Shown: positions 37,259 to 49,708 of the stretch, piece by piece
How positions within the stretch are numbered: the first letter of the stretch is position 1
Layout: each line of letters begins with the position of its first letter
DNA from: Pelomyxa schiedti
Lineage: Eukaryota > Protista > Evosea
Direction: 5' to 3'
Assembly: GCA_020536535.1 (NCBI GenBank)
Contig: JAHLWZ010000693.1
Location: 72,981 to 136,980, forward strand
DNA: 64,000 nt
Notes under the pieces: model-generated
What the model was told of the DNA's origin: nothing
What the model saw: the letters and a program-made list of their open reading frames with translations, nothing else
Databases searched by the model: none
Translations under genes and position numbers: made by a program

Positions 37259-37955
37259 CTATGAAAGTTGCTGGACCACTTTAAGGGCTTCTTGAACGTG
37301 CTTTGCGGCGTTGAATTGGCTGGAGAATGTGTAACGAACAATCCCAGATTTGTCAATGACATAAGTAACACGGCCTGGGATAAGGAACAGTGTGCTGCCA
37401 ACACCATAGGCCTGCCTTATTGCCTGGTTCTCATCACTGAGGAGTGTGAATGGGAGGCCGTGGTTGGTGGCGAATTTTTTGTGTGTGTCTACTGAATCAG
37501 AGCTGTTGAAGGGTTCGTATTAGTTTGGGTAAATAAGTATTTGAATTTTTTGATATTATTTTGGGTTTGGAGGCGAACCTTACACCAATGACTCGAGCAC
37601 CCGCTGTCTATGATAAAATGAGAACCGTGGAAGTGGAGAAAAAGAGTTCACATACTTTGAATACATGAAAACTGTCTCGGAAAGAGCACGCTTCAGCAGT
37701 GCAACCAGGTGTTTCGTCCTATGAGTTTGTTACCAAAAAAAAAAAGGTAGCCTGAAGTAAAAGAACTATACCCTGGGATAGAAATACAAGACAACTATTT
37801 GTCCTCTCAAATCGCTCAACCTTACAATGTTTCCATCCTTTTTTTGGGAGTGTTACACCTTGCAAAAGGTACTTTCGTGTTAAAGAAAAGCAAAAAGGAA
37901 TACACACTTGATCAGGAAGTTCGAAATTTGGAGCTGTGTCCCCTGCTTTGACCAT
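37259..37955 (-). CDS. BCP: Peroxiredoxin, BCP/PrxQ family
   Basis: MVKAGDTAPNFELPDQ|DG..VVLYFYPR|DETPGCTAEACSFRD..HKKFATNHGLPFTLLSD..GRVTYVIDKSGIVR; TAG 37259-37261. Confidence 0.93.
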
Positions 37956-38288
37956 TTTTTTCTTGCGTTTGGTTGCTTTGTTTCTTGTTTTTTTTCTGGG
38001 GTGAGTTGCCGGCTAATCTCTACCAATTAATCGTTTTCTTTGTTGGTTCTCCAAACAGAGAGTAATAGCGTCGTCACGAAGAAGCGCTTCTTCGTCTTTT
38101 TTTCGGCGCACCTAAAAAAAGGGATCGAAGAGATCACAAGATAGATCTTGTGCACATTACTCCTCCCAAACCAGTACCGAGTCCGTGTTTTCTTCTGTGG
38201 CGGAGCTTAGTTCCTAAGGCCAGTCTCCACTCACGCAGTGGCCTATCAGATTTAATTTGTCACCGAAAAACAAACTAAAGAACAAAAG

Positions 38289-40636
38289 ATGGGTGACATT
38301 GGAGGAGCGTCATTCGATCCTAGATCTCTGTCTACTATTACCTTGGGACTTGCACACAGGAAAAAGACCGATACTGCACCCCGGAATGACAGTGCACCGT
38401 CACATATTGTCGCGGGTCCCATGGGGGGCCAACCTGCCGCACCAGCGGAAATGACGCCCGCGGAATGCAAAAAGATTATCGCCAGAACGATGTATCGGCG
38501 TAAAATAGGAAGTCTTGTTTGGTGCCTCGTTGCGTGCTGGCTTACTGCGTACTTTGGCTTGATTGTAACGAGGTTATTCCCTCTCGGTAGGTTTTATGTT
38601 GCTTGTTTACTCCCTCTTTATCCTGTTGATCTCTTCTTATTCTGGATAGGAAGGACATTAAGTTGGTTTCATACCCAAGTGTACATAGTGATGTTTGCGG
38701 CAGCTGCAGTTTTACTTCTTTTTGCCCACCATACGTCGTCCATTGGTTTCTAAAAAAATCCCTTTTCCTGTGACCTAACTGTACTGTAGTCCGTCGGCCT
38801 TATAGGACTTCGGCATGGTCCGTCTTTAATGACTTAAGAACAAATAAAAAGCTGATATTTGCATATTGTGGTGGCACTACCCTTTCTTTTTCTGCGCTGT
38901 ACTGGTGTGAAACCAGTAATAACTCCTCCCTTTTTTTGTCACTGACCGTTATTATTCTAGGTGCTTCAATGGGTTTGAGTGGGTATTGGAGCAGTGTCTC
39001 CCAGAAGAATTTCAGTAAATCTCAGTAACATAGTATGTTAATGTGACAATTGCTAGGTGTGCCAATGTCAAGTTCCTCACAGTGACTACTACTGGTTTTT
39101 TTGTGGGCCTTGGACTTGCCATTCGTATTATTACCAAGGAGCAACAAATACTGAAGTTCCCAACCTTCAATGTAGCTTTCCTCCCTGCAGGAATCTTTTA
39201 ATTTTGTAATTCTCAAGTAGACTTCAGCACTTAGTACTTTAAGACGGCGGGCACTAGGTTTCCCCTCATACCTGGGCAACACTTTTACAACCGTTAGGTA
39301 CTCTTCTCGAAAGTCTTGTGATTTCGAGTTCCACCTTTGTGGTTGGCGTTTTCGTGTTTCTTATAATTGGTTGGAACCGTTATACCTTCACCCATATCCT
39401 TTCAGGATTTATTCCGTATGTGCGCAAATCGTGTTATGGTTGGTAAATCCTGTTCAGGTTTGAACGAGGTGTATCCGACATGCCTGAGGGGAAGTTAGTC
39501 TTCCTTTTTCATCTTGGATTGGTATCTCTTGTAGTTGTTACTTGTTGGAAATTCGTCTGGCTTGCAAATGAGCTTCATTCCACAAGGGTACTTTTTTCAG
39601 GCCTTGGGAAATTCATTAAGCTATTCTTAGCACAATTCCTTCACTGGTACGAAGCGGGCTCCTTGCTCTTTGCTACTTTATGCGATGTCAAGGCATGAGG
39701 ATGAGGCACCCTTTATAAAGGTATTATCTCAATTATCTACCTGCGAGCAACATTACAACTACAGTACCATGGATTCCAAGATTTTATGAGAGTTTGTCAG
39801 TACGACTCCCAAAGGAGAGCTGCCTTCTTTGCAAACAACATTGATTTAAAAAAGGCAGTGAAGTTATGCTGTGAATCCATTGCGGCACTCACAAAAAACC
39901 TTAATGTAAACATCTTTTCATTTCTTCAGGGTTGGTAATGTTTCCTCTTCTAAGGCAGCTGTGTTCTTCCAATCCCGTGACTCCGTTGTAAAAATCCCTC
40001 TCTCCCACCTGGCACGACAGTGGTATATACAAACCGTTTTTATTTGCAATTAACCAATAAAAAACAAAAGTAAGACGATGTCCGCTATTTCTCCTCCTCC
40101 TTGTGATGATCCTACCCTCTCAACTTTGAATGCATTTTCTTCAATCCAGATTCAGATCTTTGCTATCAGGGGTTTTGCCAACCCCAGTTAATCTTTTACT
40201 CATTCTATCATCCAAGGCTTAACAGCTATTGCCAATGTTGCACCAAGTGAAGATAAACTAGGAATAATGAGCACACACTACCTAGTCACGCTGATTCTCA
40301 TCCACTTCCTTGATGTATGCAAACCTCTTATTCTCTCTGACTAAGTTCAGCTCTAGTGCTACAATGCTCTGCGCTTGTTTACTGAGGCCTATCTAAATCC
40401 AATCAAGTATTTTGGCCGGCTACCAACCGCTTCGAGTGTTCTCTCAAGTGAAGTTCGGGTCGTACAAGAAGGTTTGTTCTCCCTCGGTAACTAACACTCA
40501 ACAATGTTTCCACACAGAACTACACCGTTCTCTTTATGCACTGATAAACACATACCGCACTACACTTGACGACCTCAAGTTCCCTCCAGAATACATTCCC
40601 GCCGTACAAAGTGTTGCTAATATGCAATGCACATAG
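38289..40636 (+). CDS. NDC1: Probable transmembrane nucleoporin Ndc1-like
   Basis: N-terminal multi-TM region; FQDLFRM; GLTAIANVAPSEDKLGIM (Ndc1 S.ED..GvvQ motif); SLYALINTY..LDDL. Confidence 0.6.
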
Positions 40637-40687
40637 GCGAGAGAATAAGAAAACCCTATTGTGTTCTTTTTGTTTTCTTTCTTTCTT

Positions 40688-41781
40688 TCACTGGTCATTG
40701 TGTGATTGGCGTGGGTATTTTATCAGTAACGGGCTTGAGCGCAATACCAATACAGCGAGTCCACAGACAATCACATCAATACTATACACAACCAATACGG
40801 CGGCTATGCAGCTCCCATTAGTGCCGTTCAACAATGTCTGTTACCGGAATGTGAGTTAGGAATTATTCTGAACGGGAAGAGGGTGGCTTCGCAAACTGAA
40901 AAAGATGCTGCATAGTGGGATATCCAGACTGCGGCGACAAAAAGCCATTTGCGTCTGCAGTAAGCCTCGAATGCAATCAGGGATAGAAGGATGTGGAGTA
41001 TCAAAAAGGCAGCAGCGATTGCGCCTGTTGTTGGTGGTTTTTTTTTTTTTTTTTTTAGTAAAGCTTCTTTAACCAGTGAGAAGGGACCATTTATCATAAA
41101 CAAAGAGACGCGGCTGCATGAATCACAGAAAAGCGCACCAGGGCCGATTGACTCCCAAAGTATAGTTACATAGGTGACAAGAACATACACCACACCGGAG
41201 CCAAGACCGAGAGCTGTCATTGAGGTTAGAAATGCGTGGAGGTTATGTCTTGGGCGCCAACCTACAGACACCAGCAGTCTATTGGGAAATTCTTTTGAAA
41301 GCCCCATTCTCTCAAGTCGTCTTTCTATAAGCCTAGATGATAGATGAGGATAAAAAGTGGGTTGAAGCAAGTTGGCTTCTATTCCTATACTAAGAAAATT
41401 CCAAAAGAACATGTACATGTATAACAGGCAGAATCCCAGTCGAACCAATTCCTGGAACATTACTGCGTAAATTATACTGGCCCAGTATACATCCTTTCCC
41501 GGCAGTAGGTACCACATCATGGAAGAAAAAAGCACTCCAACTAGCCACACAAAGGCACTGCACACACGCCCCCATCAGTTCAAATTACAATACGTGCAAC
41601 GATAAACAAACAAACAGAAAAAAAAAAAACAGGGCCGCGGGGGGTGTCATTGGTGTGTGGGGCATCACCCTCCAATGGTCAAAATTATGAGCTGGGGGTC
41701 TCTGATCACCAGACCAACAAACACAGCCACCGCTGGTGCGAATGACACCACCAGCCCCCCAACAAACACAACCCATGTCAT
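40688..41781 (-). CDS. APH1: Gamma-secretase subunit APH-1
   Basis: MTWVVFVGGLVVSFAPAVAVF..DPQLIILTIG|SAFVWL, FQELVR, ALGLGSG, GPG, LHILLS..F, HYAAS; TGA 40688-40690. Confidence 0.88.
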
Positions 41782-41962
41782 CCTTGTACTTTTTTCATTA
41801 ATTTTGTTGTTTCAGTGAGGGGTTTTTTTCCCTAACTGATTGGGGTCTGTTGGTAGTGCCCAGACGAAACGAAAGTGATAAAGCAACAAAGGCAACACAA
41901 GAATGTTTCGACATGTATTTGGGAGTCTCTGCACAAAATTGAATGTTGGTGGTTCGGTGGGG

Positions 41963-44900
41963 TTAATCCTCTATCATGTAAGGCGATAGTTTCTTGAAGT
42001 CCAGTGGTTCAAAGGCATACCCGTCACCCTCTGTGCAAATGTGAGTTGGGGGAAAAAGGATTAGGATGGGATAGTACGGTAGAATTTGTTTTGAAACTCC
42101 ACCCTGGATAAAAATTACAATTAGCTAAACAGCCAGTAAAAAAGAAAGGGAAAACCAATGAAGTCGAAGTGCGTGCAAGAAAGCGGATAGCGCCTCCATC
42201 ACCAGAAGTACACCAATGGTTGCTCCTCCCCAAACGGCGAAGCCAGCAAAAATTTCTATGAAGTTCTTGGACTTGATTGTTGTAAGAAGCACTTGCTCGT
42301 AAAACACCAAAGACAATTCTGTGAGATGCTTAAGAAAATAGGGTACATAACAAACTCATACCGGCATGTGCCAAGCTAAGTGCCCAAAGTCGAAGGTAAG
42401 ATGCAGTATTTGAGATGCATCCCAGAACGAACTCGATTGTGTGAATTGCTTGGTGAATGAAGGCCTCACTGAAAACAAACTCTTCGCCGTGGCCTCCATG
42501 GCCTCCCCCTCCATGTGATTCTGGCGTTGTTACAGCACCTATAGCCTCTAGCTCCACGTCCTCACTAGCTTCCTTGAGAATTACATGTTTAGCTGCACGT
42601 TTGCTCTGCCACAGTTGAATAAATGGCTTTGGCAGTAGCATAACGAAAATTGCAATGACAGAGACTATAGCAATGGCTGTTTGGACCGACGCCTGATTTG
42701 TAAATTAGAAGCCTATTCAACAATAATGAGTGGTAACCTGTCCAGGGTACATCTCCTCCTCCTTAGGTAAATTTCCGAAGGACAAAAATATATCAATCAG
42801 AACGTTAATGAGGTAGGGCTCATTTTCACGCATTTTTGTCCATTTCAGGAAAATTAGGACAACCAAGTAACCAAACAGGAGGTTCATAAACAGAATCTGA
42901 TGCATGAAGAACATTAAATCTCGGGAGAGAATCAAAGGGGGGATGTAACTTGTGGTATGAAGTCAAAAATAATGTTGAGAGGCTTTCGGAAGTGAATGTG
43001 ATTAAACAAACCCATGATAATTCCCAGTGTCATCTTCATACTCTTAGTGATGAACAAATAAGAAAAAAAGAGAAACCTGGACGACCCCAAAAATTACTGA
43101 TAACTTCATTTTGAAGGAGTTGTAGTAATAAAGTTCGTTATCGGCACCTTTCCAAATCTATTTAATGTTATCGGTGAACCCCTCCAGTACGATGCATACA
43201 GAGTCTACACCGAATTCGTATACTCTGTCCGGGTCCTTAGTACACCAGTTGTTTTCATCACAAGTCCACGCGGTACCACACAAATTCACACCAATTCCAA
43301 AAACCTTCATGGATAAGTTATCGAAAGAGTGAATGATCATTACGTCGTTGTAGATGAAACCAGTGAAGATTGAAAAGAGAGCCATGAACAACAAAAGATA
43401 CCGCCCATTGAACAGCATGAAAACGATCTAGGGAAGATTTACACATCACCATAAAAGAGACAAGTTCCTACCTCATTCAACTTCATCTTTCCCATTTTTT
43501 TCTCGAAGAATATCAGACACAATGTGAATAGTAGCATCATTACAGCATGTCCTGTATCCCCAAACATCACAGCAAACAAGAAGGGGAACGTTATCAACGA
43601 GAATACCGCTGTAAACAGTCATTGATTGTGGAAACGGGCGAAAAGTTCTACTTGGGTTGACTTCTCCATAGCGAGGTGTTCCATAGGCATCAATGATAAC
43701 TTGCATACAGTAGGTAAATTTATTTGTTTGGTAAAACGTGGGAGGCTCCTCATCAATTGGTATAATGCTCATGATAGTAGCTACCTGGGAGCCACTTCTG
43801 GCCTTTTAGGTTATCAAAATTAGGTTTCTGGTGGGGTAATAGGTGTATTGCTCTTACAGTTGCTCTGTTAAGAGCATTCAATATCTCATCGGTGGCACTC
43901 GTTGGGCACCAGCCTTCCGCAATGAGGCATCTGCATATGGGTTGGGTATTAATGGAAGGTGAAGAAAATGGAGACATACTTTCTACCAACATCATAGTTA
44001 AACATGTTTAATGTGTGATATGTGGCCTTTTCTTTTCTTACTAGAATAACCCACGTGGGCATTGACTGGTTGACAGTAGCAAGCAATTCTCTGCGGTGTT
44101 GTGATGACCTCTCAATCACCTGGAAGGTGGGAGAAAAAGGGAAAAACTCATGTAGAGAACACACAGTTTTCATGTCTTCAAGTCTGCCAGAAACCTGGGT
44201 GAGCAGAGTTTGGCGTTCAGTGTTTGTTTCTGGTACATTAAAGACTCGTGCGCTGAAAGATTCGCAAATTTTGTGAATTTTCACTTGCGATTGCTGCCCC
44301 TGGCAAAAAATGAAGAATACACATTTCTCTACAGGTTCGCCCTGGGTGATACGTTAAGTTACAAATGGGAATAACTCAGCTTACTGTTGATGGGTCAACA
44401 ATCTTCTCCTCAATAGGCTCAACTTTCATTACCAGATTACCACGGAGGACACGCCACAAAACACGCTCAAAATGAACAAATTCCGTTTTTGATATAACTC
44501 CTGCCACCATTCTGAGGCGAGTTAAACGTAAAAAAGGAATGCAGTTGTACTTACACAAGCTTGCCCACAGAACCTGCTCCTCCCTCCTCCAACAAATTCT
44601 TCTTATTTATGTCATCTGAACTTATTTCCATATCCTGTTTCCCAAAGAAAACCGATCACACAAGGTTGAGCAAAAAAGAAAGCATACTGGGAGTGTCTCG
44701 TCATACATGTTGCTCTTCAGGGCGCACCGCATCTCAGTCAACTCATTGAAATTTCTAAGCAATACTTCTTGGTTGCCGTTAATTTGTCGTAAATCGCGCT
44801 CTTGAGTATCAAGGAAAGCCTGGTAATATGAAATTAAAGGTAAAAACTCCAAAACAAAAAATTTAGATACCTCAAGTTCGCTGAGATCCAATGGTTTTTC

Positions 44901-45272
44901 TGGTGGCGGTGCTGTGCAAAATGATTCCAACTTGAGAGGTGGTTTCTCTGATTGGAGTTCAACTGTTTCGCGTGCTATCTGAGATGAAATGAGCTCCTCA
45001 AATGGAAAAAGAGGCTACCTGCTCCGCAAGAAAGCGTAGCTTTCTCTCAAGCTCTTCACAATGTTTAACCTCAGTTACAAAAGTTCGTTGGAAGGAATTA
45101 ATGGCTTGGTTCAGCTGGGAGGCAAATCAGAATGCCAAAAAGTCAGTGGACATACATCTTTGAACTGCAAAGAACCCAGCTCGCCCAATTCATCAAGTGT
45201 GTCGTGTGCAGAGTCCTTTTGGATGAACAGCTGCACCTTTTGCATCGGCTGAGACCTCCATATTGATCCCAT
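41963..45272 (-). CDS. VPH1: V-type H+-ATPase V0 subunit a (Vph1/Stv1)
   Basis: [73 protein letters not shown] (essential Arg), [11 protein letters not shown]; TAA 41963-41965. Confidence 0.96.
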
Positions 45273-45927
45273 TCTTGAGTTTTACCTGAGAGTGTGTCAC
45301 GCACAGCAACAACCAACATAGTCATAAAAACAGAGATAAAAAAAGACATAGGCGATTTGTTTAGACGATACTCTTAAAAGGAAGTACAAGGCGGAGGGGA
45401 AAAAAAGAAAAACAGGGCAAAGTGGTACAATGGTATGGTCGTATGCGTAATAAAAAAATACGATCATAATGTCGCGTGCATAAAGAACAAAGGAAACTCA
45501 CTCGAAGATCTGTGTAACGTAGAACCGGAGGGCCTAGGCGTGCCTCGAACCCGACAAAGAAAAAAAAAAATAGTTTTAATTTAGGTTGTGGTCTTTTCTG
45601 GTGCTCAGCGAGCGCAGAGAACAAGCACGAAGAAAACACACAAATTCTAGAAGGGAACAGATCCCGCTTCGGAGCAGGGCTCCTTTTTGTTAAATTATTT
45701 TCAGATCTCGTTGCATCACACATCACGTCTCGTTCGTTCGCCCGAGCCCCCTCCCTTTTTCTCAATCTTCTTCTTCGACTTTCCGCAAGGGCACCAAATT
45801 GGGCGCAGGCCACTCTGACGTCTTGAGTGTACTTACCAATCAGAGAAACTGCAAAGTCAAAGAGCCGCGCAGCGAAAAAAAATCATAAAGTTACAATGTC
45901 GTGTGGGCTTGTATTGTTGTGGGTGGG

Positions 45928-46824
45928 CTAATTTCTAGCCGGGAGTGAGGGCTTTGTGAGTGGAGGAGGAGGAGGTGTTTTGTTGTTGTTATTATTATTC
46001 TCATTGGGACTGTCAGGCCGGGCACTGTGTTGCGCCGTTGTTTCTTGTGTTGCAGAACTACAGGACTGCGTGGAGTGCGGCGGCTTTTCCTCGGCGGAGG
46101 GACCCGTGCGTTGCGGTGCCGCCGGGAGTTTGTTGGCGGGTGGCGGGGGTGGTTTGCTTGTGGGAGGGGGCGGCTTGGTTCCCGGAGGCGGCGGAGGGGG
46201 TGGCTTGGTGCTGGGCGGTGTGGGCTTTGGTGCTGTTTGCGCAGCGGGGGTTTGTGCTGGGTGCCGGGCCGGAGTTGCGGGGCCGGGCCCGCTGCTGTAT
46301 TCCTTGTGCACGTTTGTATGTGTGGGAGGGGGAGGGAAGTCTGAAATAGGGTGGAAGTCCCATCTTCCCTCATGCTCACAACTCGCTGATGCATTTCCGT
46401 CCCCTTCTGTGTGTAATTGTAGGATATAATCGTGTCAATAGAAACACAGCAAGAAGAGACCATATGTCATTCTTTTGTGCTTCTCACTTGATGACAGAAG
46501 AAGTTTTGACGAAGCTGTGGAAATGGATTTCCAACACATCAGAAGAGTAGTAGAGGTAAGTCCAATAAAATGAGAGTAACTTATATAAATCACTGAACTA
46601 ACTAGTACTTATCCCCATCATTAAGTCACTACAATTTGGAATGTTCAACTATTCATTACCTCTTGAAGGGACAAGTGGAGCCTCTATTGTTGATTGGGTT
46701 TTTGGGCATACAGTCAAAAGTAAGCAAAGAAAATTGAGTGAAAAAAAAAACCCTGGCACAACACAAAACACAGCAAAGAGTGAATTTTACGAAGAGAACG
46801 GCTGGGAACAGGCGGGGCGGTCAT
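45928..46824 (-). CDS. Proline-rich protein containing a WIP/verprolin-type WASP-binding motif
   Basis: Frame of ORF 45928..46311 extended upstream reads EHEGRWDFHPISDFPPPPTHTNVHKEYSSG, close to the WIP motif FYFHPISDLPPPEP..KSYPS; 5' exons are uncertain. Confidence 0.6.
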
Positions 46825-47172
46825 TGATTCGAGTTTCGCCAATTCGCTGTTCAAACTGCCCAGATCCAAGATCCACTCACAACGTAGATCTCAGTGGAAC
46901 ATTTTCGTAGATTTCTGCACATGAGGCATCATCACACAGTGAGCTTTTCGAAAATTAAAGAACACGCGAAATTTCGTTCGCTCATTTACATCAAGTCACG
47001 AGACGCGTTTCGATATAAAAAGTAAAAAAAAACACCAGCGCCGATGGTAACTCCCCCCGTCATGCGACACCACTCCCCTGCCGATATTTATGTCAAAGTT
47101 TTTTGGCTAGATGTGTAATATAATAAAACAAAAATCTAGGATGGCGGAGGCGGATATGATCTTAATAGACGC

Positions 47173-49607
47173 ATGCCAAGTCCTGCCGAACCACAGTCAC
47201 ACAAGCGCGGTAGGTCGCGATATTCGAGTCAATGCACCAATTTCGTAGTTACTTCACGGCAGCAGGAAAACAACCAGGGTGCACCTTCGGTTTCTCCTCA
47301 CGTGGTAGCACCCTCATCCAGAGAGCATTCTGCTTGCAGTAACTCTCCTACTATAAATTACGACAGTGCCGGTGCCGCCAATGGTGCTGGCTCTGTCCAC
47401 ACTACTAGTACATCAACGACGTCGACTCCCTCTCTTCTCAATTCACGCGATAGGCGAACTGCGTGTTCTCCTTTACAATCTCTGAGTGATATCCCCAAAC
47501 ATTACCCTGGCAATCAATTGTGGGAAGTAACCAGTCGCCCACTATCTCCAACACGTTTCCCACCCCCACCCCCACCCAATACACAGAACCTCACTCCTCC
47601 TTCCAATTGCCCCCTTCCCCCTTTCACCATAAACGCCACTGTCAACATCAATCCAAATGGTGTGACTCCCACGGCAAATCTCAATATAAATATTATGATG
47701 ACTCCGAACTACACTGCGTCTTCTCCCACTTGTACACCTCTCTCGTCCGGCAATGTATTCCACTCTCCAACGCCTACACATTCTCCAGCCGTTGGTGACT
47801 TCAATTATGGAGTGACTCGGCTTGCAGATAGCGAAGTTGTATATAGAACACGTACCTCCCCTAAACCTTGCTTTGAAGGAAGAGTACACCTGGGCTACGG
47901 TCTGGGGCAAGGTAGTGCAATTTTCAGTTGGCCTATTCTAAACAAAACTTTTCAGGCGCTTATGCCAAAGTCAAAGAAGGCTATGATACACAATTACAGA
48001 AGAGAGTAGCAGTCAAAATTCTGAAGGTTTCAGCCATTAGTAGCTTCTGAAATCTCTGAGCATTTTGTGCAGAAGAATACTTTATCAAGAATACCTGGGG
48101 CAACTGAAGCACTGATCCGAGAAATTGATATTATGCGCACATTGGAACACCCAAATGTAGTTTATTTTGTTGCCAACTGGGAAGATAGGCTCACAGGAAA
48201 AATGTGATTATTCATCACAAATTTGTCCTTTGTTTGACAAGCCTAGATACATTGCCCAAGAGTATGTGAGTGGAGGAACTCTTTTTGATCTAATGCGAAG
48301 AGCCCCAAAGATGAGAATTCCTTTCACACAAGCACATAGGTTGATCTCAATGTATCTATCACTCACCAAATTAATTTTCTTTCAGTATTTTTCAATCTCT
48401 TCTTTCTGGTCTAAGTTATATCCACGGAAATCATATCTTTCACAGGTTCATCCCTTTGGTACATTGTTCAAACTAACCAATATGCTCAGAGACATAAAAC
48501 CAGATAATTGCTTGCTCTGTGACAATTTAACTATTAAAATTTGTGACTTCGGGTGTGCTGTAGTAAGTGCACAGTGTTCATTTTCTTCCTCTCTCAATGT
48601 TTTCAGCGAGCATCTCCCAATTCACTTGAAACCATTGGCGTTGGATCACCTGCATTCCAACCTCCTGAGGTAGCCAAAGATGGGAAAACTTCCAATGGTT
48701 ATAAGCTTGATTCGTGGGCAGCGGGTGTCACATTGTAAGACTTTAATTATTATCCTTTCTCATCGCTGTATAGATTTTATATGACAGTTGGGGAGTTTCC
48801 TTTTCCTGTCTCCTCCAACTCTGCACTACTAATGCTGTATGAAATTTTGGCGCAGTGCAGGTCTCAACAAAGAATAAAAATGTGAATAAATGAGTTCTAA
48901 CATCAAGCAGCTATGATGTTCCGAGTTGGGTTCCAGAGGATCTCAGCAACCTCCTCCGGTGTATTCTTGTACCCAACCCAGAGGAACGGTTTTCTGTGGA
49001 ACAAATTCTGTCTCATCGGTACATTTCTTTTCTTTCCTCCAAAAAAAGAAATAAAGTGAAAGAAAGGTGGATGCAGCCCGAGAAAAGTGAATCATCAGTA
49101 GTTGAACCAGAAAACATTCCAACTGTACCAGCAGGGACAATGTTCTCTCCTGAAGTGATACAATCACTACAGAAGAAGCGCACCCCGGCATCCCTCCATC
49201 GCCACCATCACCGTGCCTCCGTGCCACTGAATGAGGCCCCAGTTCCCGTCCCGGCACCATTTTCAACATCCACACCACTTCTCCCACCTAAGCCTCCCCC
49301 ACAGCCTGAGACTCAGCCTTCACCCCTTGCTTCTACCGCCACAGAAGCCACCGCCACCGCAACTGCAACAGCAATCACCACTACAAAAACAGACCCCGAC
49401 ACAACACTTAGTACTATGAGTGCCTCCACGTGTACACTACCTTCTCACCCATCTCAATCACCAAAACCACACCATCACAAGAAACACAAGAACAAAGGCC
49501 GTACCAGCTCAGAAGTATCTCTCTTCTCTGATTCCACTTTACGTCCAAAGCGCACCAACAACGCCAACAGGTGCACACCCCCAAAGTGGTGGTGTTCAGT
49601 CTTGTGA
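47173..49607 (+). CDS. STK11: LKB1/STK11-like Ser/Thr kinase with C-terminal CaaX
   Basis: LGQG|[19 protein letters not shown]|[40 protein letters not shown]; ends CSVL*. Confidence 0.9.
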
Positions 49608-49708
49608 CTGTTTGTATCATTAAAGACAATTTTGCCAATTTGTTGAATGCCGTTATTTTGTGGGGTAATTCACATTGTTCTATTGACTTTGTTCCTATTA
49701 TAATGGCA

